From an uncultured Pelagibacteraceae bacterium (GTDB lineage: Bacteria > Pseudomonadota > Alphaproteobacteria > Pelagibacterales > Pelagibacteraceae), in assembly GCA_902598015.1 (NCBI GenBank), contig CACJZT010000001.1, forward strand, positions 101,628-165,627: 64,000 nucleotides of DNA, in the 5' to 3' direction. The translations under genes and the position numbers were made by a program. Of the stretch, positions 54,972-64,000 are shown in pieces (position 1 is the stretch's first letter; each line of letters starts with the position of its first letter). A model generated the notes under the pieces. That model was not told the DNA's origin. It saw only the letters and a program-made list of their open reading frames with translations, and did no database searches.

Positions 54972-55664
54972 TTATAAACTAAATTTTGATTTCTTGGTAT
55001 CTACTAAAAAACCTTTTACAGTATCAGTTGTAAGTTTTTGAAAACTTTTTCCAAACTTTTCAATTTTTTCAATAATTAATGGAGGAACAGTTATTATTTG
55101 ACAACCTATTTTTTTTGCTTGCATGTAATTGTAAGGCTCTCTGGTACTTGCCCATAGTATTTCTACATTCTTATATTTTCTTGAAAGCCTTAAACTTTCT
55201 TTAATTTGAGGCAATGGATCTTTACCAGTATCAGCCATTCTTCCAGCAAAAATTGAAATAATAATTTTTGAATTTTTATTTATATTTTTTAAAATTTCTT
55301 TTGTTTGTTTGGATGTATAAACAGCAGTAATATTTAATTTAATATTATTACTTGATAAAGCTTTAATTACTTTACCCATGAATATACCTTTAGAATTTGT
55401 TACTGGAACTTTGACATAAACATTTTTTCCTAATTTACTAATAATGTTACCTTGAGATATCATATTTTTTGCATCATCTGCAAAAACTTCGCATGACACT
55501 GGTTTATTTGTAATATTTAAAATTCTTTTAGAGTAATTAAGGTAATTTTTAGCACCTGCTTTCCTCATTAGGCTTGGGTTTGTAGTAAATCCTTTTACAA
55601 TATTTTTTTTGTTGAATTTTTTAATTAGTTTGATGTCGGCTATATCACAAAATATTTTGGTCAA
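54972..55664 (-). CDS. tal: Transaldolase / fructose-6-phosphate aldolase family protein
   Basis: GFTTNPSL, VYVKVP, NIT, FAGR, LWAS.R; TTG start. Confidence 0.85.
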   Translation of the reverse strand: MTKIFCDIADIKLIKKFNKKNIVKGFTTNPSLMRKAGAKNYLNYSKRILNITNKPVSCEVFADDAKNMISQGNIISKLGKNVYVKVPVTNSKGIFMGKVIKALSSNNIKLNITAVYTSKQTKEILKNINKNSKIIISIFAGRMADTGKDPLPQIKESLRLSRKYKNVEILWASTREPYNYMQAKKIGCQIITVPPLIIEKIEKFGKSFQKLTTDTVKGFLVDTKKSKFSL

Positions 55665-57059
55665 CTATAAACTCTTTACTATTTCTTCGGTCATTTTTTT
55701 TGCATCAGCAAATAACATAAGCGTATTATCTCTGTAAAAAAGGTCATTATCAATACCAGCATAGCCAGGTGACAAACTTCTTTTAACAAATAATACCGAT
55801 TTACTTTTTTCAACATCTAAAACAGGCATGCCATAAATTGGGCTTTGAGGGTCTGATTTTGCAACTGGATTAGTAACATCGTTTGCTCCAATAACATATG
55901 CAACATCACAATTTGCAAAGTCATTATTTATTTCTTCCAGCTCAAACACTTCATCATAAGGAACATTTGCCTCTGCAAGTAGAACATTCATATGTCCAGG
56001 CATTCTTCCCGCTACTGGATGGATGGCATAAGAAACTTTTACACCATTTTTTTTTAGCGCATCCACCATCTCTCTTAATGCGTGTTGAGCTTGAGCAACT
56101 GCCATACCATATCCTGGAACAATAATTACTGAAGAGGCATTTTTCATTAAAAATGCTGCATCATCTGCATTTCCATTCTTTACAGGTTTTTGCTCTTTGC
56201 TTTGTGAACTAGAACTTTGATCAGTTGCTCCCCAGCCTCCTAAAATAACATTAAAAAATGATCTATTCATACCCTTACACATTATGTATGAAAGAATTGC
56301 TCCAGAAGAACCAACTAAAGCACCAGTTATTATTAGAGCTGTATTTTCTAGAGTAAATCCTATCCCAGCAGCTGCCCAACCAGAATATGAGTTTAACATT
56401 GATATTACAACTGGCATGTCAGCTCCACCTATCGGAATTATTAGCAACACTCCTAAAAGAAAAGATATTAATACAATTGACCAAAAAATATTGTCAGATT
56501 GAGTTGTGCACAAATAATAAATTAGAGCAAATATTGCTAAGCCTAAAATTAAATTTATAAAATGTTGTCCCTTAAATGTTATTGGGGAACCTGACATTAT
56601 TCCTCTGAGTTTTAAAAAAGCAATAATTGAACCTGAAAAAGTAATTGCTCCTATAGCAGCTCCTAATGACATCTCTATTAAACTAGCGAGTTTAATATCT
56701 CCAATTGTACCCAAATTGAAAGCTTCGGGCTTAAGGAATGCTGAAATTGCTACAAAAACTGCAGCAAGACCCACAAGGCTATGAAACCCAGCAACAAGTT
56801 CTGGCATTGCTGTCATAGGTATTCTAAATGCTATAAATGCTCCAATAGATCCACCGATTATAAGAAAAATTAAAACATAAATTAAACCTGTCCCAAAATT
56901 ACCTACCGATAAAAAAGTTACTATTATAGCTATTGTCATACCAGCAATTCCAAAATAATTTCCTTGCCTTGATGTTTCAGGTGATGACAAGCCTCTCAAA
57001 GCTAAAATAAATAAAATGCCTGAAATTAAATAAAACAAAGCTGATAAATTAGCGGTCAT
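55665..57059 (-). CDS. pntB: NAD(P) transhydrogenase beta subunit
   Basis: MTAMPELVA, GGADMPVV, HPVAGRMPGHMNVLLAEA, GANDVTNP. Confidence 0.97.
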   Translation of the reverse strand: MTANLSALFYLISGILFILALRGLSSPETSRQGNYFGIAGMTIAIIVTFLSVGNFGTGLIYVLIFLIIGGSIGAFIAFRIPMTAMPELVAGFHSLVGLAAVFVAISAFLKPEAFNLGTIGDIKLASLIEMSLGAAIGAITFSGSIIAFLKLRGIMSGSPITFKGQHFINLILGLAIFALIYYLCTTQSDNIFWSIVLISFLLGVLLIIPIGGADMPVVISMLNSYSGWAAAGIGFTLENTALIITGALVGSSGAILSYIMCKGMNRSFFNVILGGWGATDQSSSSQSKEQKPVKNGNADDAAFLMKNASSVIIVPGYGMAVAQAQHALREMVDALKKNGVKVSYAIHPVAGRMPGHMNVLLAEANVPYDEVFELEEINNDFANCDVAYVIGANDVTNPVAKSDPQSPIYGMPVLDVEKSKSVLFVKRSLSPGYAGIDNDLFYRDNTLMLFADAKKMTEEIVKSL

Positions 57060-57060
57060 A

Positions 57061-57363
57061 TTATTTTTTCTTCTTTTTATACATTTGCAACATTCTTTGA
57101 GTTACCAGAAAGCCACCGAAAATGTTCACAGCTGCTAAAATTATTGCCAAAAATCCAAAAATATTTGAAATTTCAAAAACTTCTATAGAAGAGCCAGCCA
57201 ATGCAGCTATAATAGCTCCAACTATTATGACTGATGAAATAGCGTTTGTGACAGACATAAGTGGTGTATGCAAAGATGGTGTTACACTCCAGACTACATA
57301 ATAACCTACAAAAATTGACAATATAAAAATGCTTAATCTAAATATAAAAGGATCTATTTCCAT
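57061..57363 (-). CDS. pntA: NAD(P) transhydrogenase alpha subunit part 2 (membrane)
   Basis: LHTPLMSVTNAISS, NIFGGFLVTQRML. Confidence 0.95.
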   Translation of the reverse strand: MEIDPFIFRLSIFILSIFVGYYVVWSVTPSLHTPLMSVTNAISSVIIVGAIIAALAGSSIEVFEISNIFGFLAIILAAVNIFGGFLVTQRMLQMYKKKKK

Positions 57364-58448
57364 TATTTAACCATTGTTTTTTCAATTATTTCATCTTCTA
57401 AATTAATTTCAAAAGTTTTTTTTTCTTTATTAAATAAATTATTTATAAAATTGAACATATTTTTTGCATAAAGATTAGATGCTGAAACAGGTAACTTGTT
57501 TAATATATTGGTTTCTCCCATAATTCTAACACCATTAGCTTCTATAATTTCATCAACTTTGGTTAATTCCGAATTTCCACCTTGTGAAGCTGCTAAATCA
57601 TAAATTACTGATCCACTTGGCATTACTTCAATCATATCTTTTTTAACTATTATTGGTGCTTTTTTTCCAGGTATCAATGCTGTACAAATTACTATATCAA
57701 TCTTTCTTAGTGTCTCTTTTAATAATTCCTCTTGTTTTTTTTTAAAATCTTCTGATGTTTCTTTAGCATATCCACTCTCAGTTTCTAAATTTTCAGATCC
57801 TTCAACAACTAAAAATTTACCTCCTAAACTTTCAACCTGTTCTTTAGATGCCAACCTAACATCTGTTGCAAAAACTATAGCTCCCATTCTTTTTGCAGTG
57901 GCAATTGCCTGTAGTCCAGCAACACCTGCGCCAACAACTAAAACTTTTGCTGCAGATATTGTTCCCGCAGCTGTCATCATCATTGGTATAGCTTTTTGAA
58001 AATAAGCAAAAGAGTCTATAACAGCTTTATAGCCAGCTAAATTTGCTTGAGAAGATAATATATCCATAGATTGTGCTCTTGTAATTCTAGGTAGTAATTC
58101 AAGAGAGAAACAGGTTATCTTTTTTGAAATTAAATTTTTTATTTTTTTTTCATTTGAATAAGGATTTAAAACACCTATTAAAATTTGGTTAGCTCTCAGC
58201 TTATTAAGAGTTTCTTCATCTGGTATATTCATTTGAAGAATTACATCTGAATTTAATAAAACATCTTCATGACTTAAAATATTTGCACCAACTTCTTGAT
58301 ATTTGTTGTCATTGATGCCCAAATGTAAGGCGTAGTTTTTAGTTAAATTTACTTCTAAACCCAAAGACTTATATTTTTTTACTACATCTGGAGTTATTGC
58401 TACTCTTTTCTCGTACTTTACATTTTCAGATATTGATCCAATAATCAT
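57363..58448 (-). CDS. pntA: NAD(P) transhydrogenase alpha subunit part 1 (dI domain)
   Basis: PRITRAQSMDILSSQ, GAGVAGL, TALIPG. Confidence 0.96.
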   Translation of the reverse strand: MIIGSISENVKYEKRVAITPDVVKKYKSLGLEVNLTKNYALHLGINDNKYQEVGANILSHEDVLLNSDVILQMNIPDEETLNKLRANQILIGVLNPYSNEKKIKNLISKKITCFSLELLPRITRAQSMDILSSQANLAGYKAVIDSFAYFQKAIPMMMTAAGTISAAKVLVVGAGVAGLQAIATAKRMGAIVFATDVRLASKEQVESLGGKFLVVEGSENLETESGYAKETSEDFKKKQEELLKETLRKIDIVICTALIPGKKAPIIVKKDMIEVMPSGSVIYDLAASQGGNSELTKVDEIIEANGVRIMGETNILNKLPVSASNLYAKNMFNFINNLFNKEKKTFEINLEDEIIEKTMVK

Positions 58449-58449
58449 T

Positions 58450-58560
58450 CTACAAAAGGAAAATTGCCATTAATATTAATACTATAATTACTGCTACAGA
58501 TCCCCAAAGTACAAACTTTGTAAAGTTATTCCAAGTATTTTTGTGACTTTCGTTATCCAT
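58450..58560 (-). CDS. aa3-type cytochrome c oxidase subunit IV (36 aa, one TM helix)
   Basis: Manual translation MDNESHKNTWNNFTKFVLWGSVAVIIVLILMAIFLL; H..T...F motif; below the ORF-track size cutoff. Confidence 0.8.
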   Translation of the reverse strand: MDNESHKNTWNNFTKFVLWGSVAVIIVLILMAIFLL

Positions 58561-58568
58561 TTTTTGTA

Positions 58569-58694
58569 TTATTTTTGTCTTGCTTTAAACTTCGGGTTTT
58601 TTTTGTTTATAATATATACCCGACCTCGTCTTCTGACTAATTTAGAATTAAGGTCTCTCTTTTTTAAAGATTTTAAAGAACTTGCTATTTTCAT
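58569..58694 (-). CDS. rpmJ: 50S ribosomal protein L36 (zinc-free type)
   Basis: Manual translation [41 protein letters not shown]. Confidence 0.95.
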   Translation of the reverse strand: MKIASSLKSLKKRDLNSKLVRRRGRVYIINKKNPKFKARQK

Positions 58695-59584
58695 AATTTT
58701 TTTTTTTCACTTTTAATAAACGATGTTACATAATCTTTCAAATTTATTTTTCCATAATATCTATTAACTCTATTATTATATGACATATCAGTTAATGCAG
58801 AGGCAAATCTTTCTCCATCTCGCTTAGGCAAATATACTATTTTAGTTTTAAACATTTTTGCTACATTTTTAATAGAATAGGATTTTTTATTACTGATACT
58901 ATAATGTAGACATTTATTATTTTTCCAAGCTTTAATACATACATTAATCGTATCTGATATGTGTGTGAATCGTCTAGTTTGTGTGCCAGGTTTTACAACT
59001 GTTAAGGGTTTATTATTATTATATTGATGTTGGAAAATACCAATGACTGTAGCCATAGGACCATGCTCAATTTGCTTTTCACCATATACATTATAAAAAT
59101 AAATTATTTCAAATCTTAATTTAAACCATTTTTTTAAATTTTCTAATAATTCTAAATTTTTTGATTTAGTGAAAGCATATGGAGATAAATTTTTATCATT
59201 TCCTTTATTTCCTAAAGTTGCAGATGTTGCTGAATAAACTAATTTTATATTATTAAATAAGCAAAATTTAAATACTTCTTGAGTTCCAATTGAGTTTGAT
59301 TCAAAACATTTATTAAAATCTTTAAAACTTTGATAGATTCTAGAAAATTCTCCAAAATGGAAAATTGTTTTAATTTTTCTTTCTTTTTTCTTTAGAACTT
59401 TAGATATCTCAGAAGTATTTGCTTTTAAATATTTTATCCTTTTATTATTAATATGATTTTTTTTAGAACCAGATGAATAATTATCAATGCTAATTATATC
59501 TAAATTAGTTTCTGTTAGTAAAGCACTTATTAAATTAGAACCAACAAAGCCAGCACCTCCAGTAACAACTAATAGATTTTTCAT
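58691..59584 (-). CDS. NAD-dependent epimerase/dehydratase (extended SDR)
   Basis: TGGAGFVG, YxxxK (YAFTK), YNVYG; substrate not determinable. Confidence 0.88.
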   Translation of the reverse strand: MKNLLVVTGGAGFVGSNLISALLTETNLDIISIDNYSSGSKKNHINNKRIKYLKANTSEISKVLKKKERKIKTIFHFGEFSRIYQSFKDFNKCFESNSIGTQEVFKFCLFNNIKLVYSATSATLGNKGNDKNLSPYAFTKSKNLELLENLKKWFKLRFEIIYFYNVYGEKQIEHGPMATVIGIFQHQYNNNKPLTVVKPGTQTRRFTHISDTINVCIKAWKNNKCLHYSISNKKSYSIKNVAKMFKTKIVYLPKRDGERFASALTDMSYNNRVNRYYGKINLKDYVTSFIKSEKKKL

Positions 59585-59592
59585 TATTGATG

Positions 59593-59708
59593 GCCTGGCA
59601 ATGTCCTACTCTTCCAAGTCTTAAGACTAAGTACCATCGGCGCAGAAAGGCTTGACTTCCGAGTTCGGAATGGGATCGGGTATTACCCTTTCGCAATAAT
59701 CACCAGGC
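59593..59708 (-). rRNA. rrf: 5S rRNA (stand-alone)
   Basis: Reverse complement GCCTGGTG...CCCGATCCCATTCCGAACTCGGAAGTCAAG...GCCGATGGTA...GAGTAGG...CCAGGC; terminal helix pairs. Confidence 0.96.
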
Positions 59709-59713
59709 ACGAA

Positions 59714-59742
59714 CTTATAGAAAAAAATTAATTCAATATCAA
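59714..59742 (-). promoter_or_regulatory. Putative sigma70 promoter directly upstream of 5S rRNA
   Basis: Minus strand TTGATA-N17-TATAAG, ending 5 nt before the 5S 5' end. Confidence 0.6.
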
Positions 59743-59748
59743 GAAGAA

Positions 59749-60456
59749 TTAATCAAAATATTTATAGACTATTATAGTTTTTATCGCATAAAAAGCATCA
59801 AGATAAGTTATTTTTTTTCCCATCTCTTTTGACCTTGAAAAATATTTGATAGGCAATTCTTTAATCTTAATTTTTTCATTAGCTATTTTAGTATTTATCT
59901 CTGGACAAAAACTAAATCCTTTTTCTTTAAGTTTAATTTTTCTAAATATGTTTGAATTAAAAGTTTTATAACATGTATGAGCATCAGTTAAATTTTGATT
60001 ATTTAAAATATTTGAGAATTTTGTTAATAATTTATTTCCAATTATTCTTATTAAACTTTTTCCAAATGAATGATAAACGTTTGAAAATTTCTTATTTAAA
60101 AATCTTGATCCGTAAACAATATTGACATCTTTATTTTTTTTAAAATAGTTATATAATTTGTTTAAATCTTTAGGATCATACTCTAAATCAGCGTCCTGAA
60201 TAATAACATATGAATTTTTTTTTATATATTTTTTTGAACAATTTATTGCATAACCCTTTCCATTATTTTGTTTTAAATTAATAAATTTATAAATTTTTTT
60301 TTGTAAATACTTTGATATTAATTGTTTAGTACCATCAGTTGATCCATCATCAATTAAAATAATTTTAATTTTTAATTTGATATCAATCAAGGATTCAATT
60401 AATTTTTTAATAGTTCTTATTTCATTAAAACATGGTACTACAACATATATATTCAT
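59749..60456 (-). CDS. GT2 glycosyltransferase, DPM1/GtrB-like (polyprenol-phosphate glycosyltransferase)
   Basis: PCFNE, DDGSTDGT, GKG, QDADLEY, GSRF, R..GKKI. Confidence 0.88.
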   Translation of the reverse strand: MNIYVVVPCFNEIRTIKKLIESLIDIKLKIKIILIDDGSTDGTKQLISKYLQKKIYKFINLKQNNGKGYAINCSKKYIKKNSYVIIQDADLEYDPKDLNKLYNYFKKNKDVNIVYGSRFLNKKFSNVYHSFGKSLIRIIGNKLLTKFSNILNNQNLTDAHTCYKTFNSNIFRKIKLKEKGFSFCPEINTKIANEKIKIKELPIKYFSRSKEMGKKITYLDAFYAIKTIIVYKYFD

Positions 60457-62124
60457 ATGGAATATCTTAATATATTATTTTTAAACTCAATATCATCCCT
60501 AATTATTATTTTAAATGGAATAACATTTAAAAAATTATTAGGTTTTAAACACTATAAAGAAAATTTTTTCGAATCTGGTTTATATGGATTGATATTAATA
60601 TCATTAGTCACTTTTACTGCAAATTTTTTTATTAAAATTTCAAGTTCTATAAGTCTTATTATACTATTATTACCAATAGTTTTTATTATTAAAGAAATTT
60701 TTCCTTATAAATATAAAATAATTTACCATTCTATAATAATAGGATTAATTAGTTCATTTATAATGTTCTTTGATAATACAAATAGACCAGATGCTGGTTT
60801 ATATCATTTGCCTTTTATAAATATAATTAACGATAGCAAAATAATCATTGGTTCAGCTAATCTTGAATTTAGATATGGTCATACCTCCATATTACAGTAT
60901 TTATCTGCTGCATTTAATAATATTGTTTTCAGTGAAAAAGGTATTTTACTGCCACTGGCAAATACTTTTTCAATTGTTGTTTTATACTTTTTAAATCTTA
61001 TAAAAAATAATAGTGGAATATTAAAAATTATTTTTTTCCTCTTTTTATTCAATATTTTATATTCGATGAATAGATATAGTGGCCTAGGAAATGATGATCC
61101 AGGGCACATGTTCTATTATTTAGCATTATGTAATTTTATTTATTACTACTTTGAAAATTCTAAGAGTGACTTAAAAAAAAATGTAATTATTTTTTCAATA
61201 TTTGCGTATTTGATTAAACCATTTTTATTATTAGTATTTTTATTTCCATTACTAATGCTAATTGATAAAAAAATAAAACTTTTTTCAAGATTAAATATAA
61301 TTTGTTTTATTATGGTGTTACTTTGGACAATCAAAAGTATATTGATTAGTTCTTGTGCATTTTACCCTATTTCAGTTACTTGTATAAAAAATTTGCAATG
61401 GTCAACCTTGAATTCAAAAGTATCAAATCCAGACAGAGTTAATCGTACAAGTGAAGCTTGGGCCAAAGATTGGCCAAACAATAAAATACAAATGAGTCAA
61501 AGACAATATGTTAAAAACTTTAATTGGCTCTTAACATGGAAAGATAATCATCTTAAGATTGTAATTAAAGAGATTTTTCCACAAGTATTATTAGCAATTA
61601 TTTTATTAATTTTAGGAGGAAATATTTTTAAAGAAAATAAACTTAATAGAATAAATTTTTTATTACTAATTTTTACTCTTATATCTTCTTTAATTTGGTT
61701 CTTAAAGTTTCCAATATATAGATACGGTCAAGCATATATTATAAGTTTTATAAATATATTATTTTTAAATTTATTAATATTTGACATAAAATTACATTAT
61801 TTAAAAAAAATAAATATTTTTAAATTTATAAATATAATTCTTATTATGTGTTTTATTGGAATAAGTTTAAAAAGCTTTTCAAGAATTTACAAAAATATTA
61901 ATAATAAATATTTAAATTTTCCATGGCCTAAAATGTATTCTTATACAGACGAGAACTATAAAAATACAAATATTGTTGTAAATTCAAGGAATGGAAAATT
62001 GTTATATTATAAACCTTACCCATATACTTTATGCATGTATTCAAAATCACCATGTACATCAAATGTTGATGTTGGAGAAATTAAAAAAAATATAAAATTA
62101 GGATATAAAATTTACTTTTATTAA
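60457..62124 (+). CDS. Polytopic membrane protein, possible GT-C-fold glycosyltransferase
   Basis: Many hydrophobic segments; loop PDAGLYHLP...ANLEFRYGHTS; further motifs GNDDP, IKP, P.YRYG. Confidence 0.55.
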   Translation: MEYLNILFLNSISSLIIILNGITFKKLLGFKHYKENFFESGLYGLILISLVTFTANFFIKISSSISLIILLLPIVFIIKEIFPYKYKIIYHSIIIGLISSFIMFFDNTNRPDAGLYHLPFINIINDSKIIIGSANLEFRYGHTSILQYLSAAFNNIVFSEKGILLPLANTFSIVVLYFLNLIKNNSGILKIIFFLFLFNILYSMNRYSGLGNDDPGHMFYYLALCNFIYYYFENSKSDLKKNVIIFSIFAYLIKPFLLLVFLFPLLMLIDKKIKLFSRLNIICFIMVLLWTIKSILISSCAFYPISVTCIKNLQWSTLNSKVSNPDRVNRTSEAWAKDWPNNKIQMSQRQYVKNFNWLLTWKDNHLKIVIKEIFPQVLLAIILLILGGNIFKENKLNRINFLLLIFTLISSLIWFLKFPIYRYGQAYIISFINILFLNLLIFDIKLHYLKKINIFKFINIILIMCFIGISLKSFSRIYKNINNKYLNFPWPKMYSYTDENYKNTNIVVNSRNGKLLYYKPYPYTLCMYSKSPCTSNVDVGEIKKNIKLGYKIYFY

Positions 62125-62129
62125 ATTTT

Positions 62130-63134
62130 TTAATTTTTATTTTTTAGAATTATAATCGAAATAAGGTAAATAAAAATTGTCATTATAAATGGTGTTATAA
62201 TGTCAGTACTTTTAATAAAATAATAAGCCAGAGGTATTATAATCATTAACTGAATTAAGAAAAAAGATGGAAAATAATCAAATCTTGATAAGAAGTAATG
62301 ATGTAGATGATTTTTATCTGCAACAAAAGGATTTTTTCCATTTAATACTCTTGAGCAAAAAAGTCTGAACATATCTAAGCCTGGTATAGCCATAATTATA
62401 AATATTTCTTCACACGTAAATGAGTTATTTAAATTGTAGTTTTTTATAATAACCCAAGCTATTAATATAGAGATAATATTTGTCCCAGAATCTCCTAAAA
62501 ACAGTTTTTTTTTAAAATTAAGGGCACAATTAAATAAGATTACAGGAATAAAATAAATTAAAAATGTTATATTAAATTTAATTAATAAAAAGATTATTAA
62601 GATTAAAAAATATCCAGATACCTGCATATCTATACCATCAAACATATTGAGTGCGTTAATAAAAAGAAGAATAAAAAGAATAGTTAAAGGAATAGATAAC
62701 TTAGATAAATTTATTACATTAGGATAAAAATTAAAGACTAGTTGATTAATAATAATATTTTCATCTATTAAAATTCCTATAAATATTATAAATGTTAATA
62801 AAAATAACTTTGTTGACGCTGAAATGTCATATCTATCATCATATAGACCTAGCAAAAACAAAAATGTTACTAAAAAAAAAATTGCGAATAATTCTCTTTT
62901 ATTAGAAATATATATATTAAAAAAATCAAAATAATTTATTTTTAATAATATTAAAATAAATATGAAGTTTAAGAATAAAAATATTCCTCCAGTTAAAGGT
63001 ACCTTTTCTTTATGAATTTTTCTTTTGTAGTCTGGCTTATCATAAAGTGAAAATTTTTTTGCAACTAAATTGTTAAACTTAAAAATAAATAAGTTGAATA
63101 TAAATAAGATTAAAAATATATAACTTATTTCCAT
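62130..63134 (-). CDS. WecA/MraY-family polyprenyl-phosphate sugar-1-phosphate transferase
   Basis: DKPDYKRKIH, GLYDD, NALNMFDGID, FLGDSG, DKNHLHH. Confidence 0.9.
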   Translation of the reverse strand: MEISYIFLILFIFNLFIFKFNNLVAKKFSLYDKPDYKRKIHKEKVPLTGGIFLFLNFIFILILLKINYFDFFNIYISNKRELFAIFFLVTFLFLLGLYDDRYDISASTKLFLLTFIIFIGILIDENIIINQLVFNFYPNVINLSKLSIPLTILFILLFINALNMFDGIDMQVSGYFLILIIFLLIKFNITFLIYFIPVILFNCALNFKKKLFLGDSGTNIISILIAWVIIKNYNLNNSFTCEEIFIIMAIPGLDMFRLFCSRVLNGKNPFVADKNHLHHYFLSRFDYFPSFFLIQLMIIIPLAYYFIKSTDIITPFIMTIFIYLISIIILKNKN

Positions 63135-64000
63135 TTAATAAATCTATAAAAACCTAACAAAAAACCAAGTGGCAAAGTATACAGTATTGAATTCCAATTA
63201 TTAAAGAAATTACCACTAGGAAAAAAAGGGAAAAAATTCACTAATATTGAACTTAACAAGACTAATTTTAATAAAGAATTTTTATTATCTAAGTGGACAA
63301 TTTCCTTAAAATATAAATAGAGAAAAGATATGTATATCAATATAAATATTATACCTCCACATAAACCAGTTTCGGTTAATATTTGTAATAAATAATTATG
63401 TGGGTGTGTTGAACAACTAAATTCGTTAAAAAAATATTTTTCTTTATTACATTCATATCTATAATTTTTTGGACCTATGCCTATTAAAATATTATCTTTG
63501 AAAATCTCAAATGCTGAAATGTAATGATTATAATGCATTACTGAATAAATATTATAAACCTTTACCCCAAATATAGTAATCAGTGGTGCACAATTTGGGA
63601 TTTGTTTAAATTTATTTTTTAAATATTCACTTGATTTAACTCTTACTTTAGTTTCTTCACATATTGTATAATTGAAGGTAGTAAATTGATCAGTAATATT
63701 CTTTATACTTGACCTCTGATTAAAACTTTGGGACGAACTTAAAATTATTAAAAAAAATGAAATAAAAGAAAAAACAAATGCAGTTCTTTTAAGTTTTGTT
63801 TTTATTAAGTATATTGGAAATAGAAAGTAATAAATATTAATCATTAAAAAGCTCAATCTTTCTCCAGTTATAAATGTTACAAAATATAGATGGGTTAAAA
63901 AATAAATTATTAAATAAGTATTTATTTTAATTTTCAAAAAAAAATATAAAAAAAATAGGATTGGAAACAGTCTAGATAAATAAGATCCTAAAACTAATTC
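63125..64000 (-). CDS. O-antigen ligase (WaaL/Wzy_C) family protein, 5' end beyond the window
   Basis: TGER, GIGP, CSTHPHNYLLQILTETG; frame stays open to 64000 (ELVLGSYLSRLFP). Confidence 0.85.
   Translation of the reverse strand, partial: ELVLGSYLSRLFPILFFLYFFLKIKINTYLIIYFLTHLYFVTFITGERLSFLMINIYYFLFPIYLIKTKLKRTAFVFSFISFFLIILSSSQSFNQRSSIKNITDQFTTFNYTICEETKVRVKSSEYLKNKFKQIPNCAPLITIFGVKVYNIYSVMHYNHYISAFEIFKDNILIGIGPKNYRYECNKEKYFFNEFSCSTHPHNYLLQILTETGLCGGIIFILIYISFLYLYFKEIVHLDNKNSLLKLVLLSSILVNFFPFFPSGNFFNNWNSILYTLPLGFLLGFYRFIKWK

Larger units (their letters stand above)
59749..64000. other. Start of a hypervariable surface-glycan island (HVR2-like) bordered by 5S rRNA
   Basis: Visibly higher AT content; all four genes are glycosylation-related; in SAR11 such an island separates 5S from 23S. 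Confidence 0.75.

Noticed and set aside
57061-58448. Split pntA as a possible frameshift pseudogene
   Set aside because: A three-gene transhydrogenase (alpha1, alpha2, beta) is the normal alphaproteobacterial form, and both parts are intact
63125-63937. Apparently short O-antigen ligase
   Set aside because: The frame stays open to the window edge, so the truncation comes from the window

Overview
Very AT-rich, gene-dense bacterial DNA with near-zero intergenic spacing. Gene content, synteny, a permuted two-piece tmRNA and a stand-alone 5S rRNA point to a streamlined alphaproteobacterium, most likely Pelagibacterales (SAR11); this is inferred, not searched. About 1-59.6 kb is core genome: mreB (partial), leuA-ilvC-ilvH-ilvI, miaA, degP-hflCK, mrp, thyX, ssrA, nadA-nadC, ppdK-glySQ, isoprenoid genes, aroC, rpoH, purA, thiD, glmM-folP-ftsH-tilS-tol/pal, ruvC-like-yebC-ymdB-ygfA-zapA, tkt-gap-pgk-fba-thiE-efp-suhB, rpmE, trcR, rpsU, tal, pntAB and three tRNAs (Leu-GAG, Arg-TCG, fMet). 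Two small genes missed by the ORF track were found: rpmJ and cytochrome c oxidase subunit IV. Beyond the 5S rRNA (from about 59.75 kb) a more AT-rich surface-glycan island begins, matching the SAR11 HVR2 position. Best leads: a phage/MOC1-type resolvase at the ruvC position with ruvA/ruvB/ybgC absent from the locus; an orphan 5S rRNA with its own promoter heading a tightly packed protein-coding run; a zero-gap divergent GT2/GT-C pair; an NADP-type GAPDH; a CxxC-less Mrp; a probable ATT start for rpsU; and tRNA-Arg(UCG). No CRISPR array, transposase, integrase or prophage was seen. All protein calls come from motif recognition and synteny; no database searches were run.
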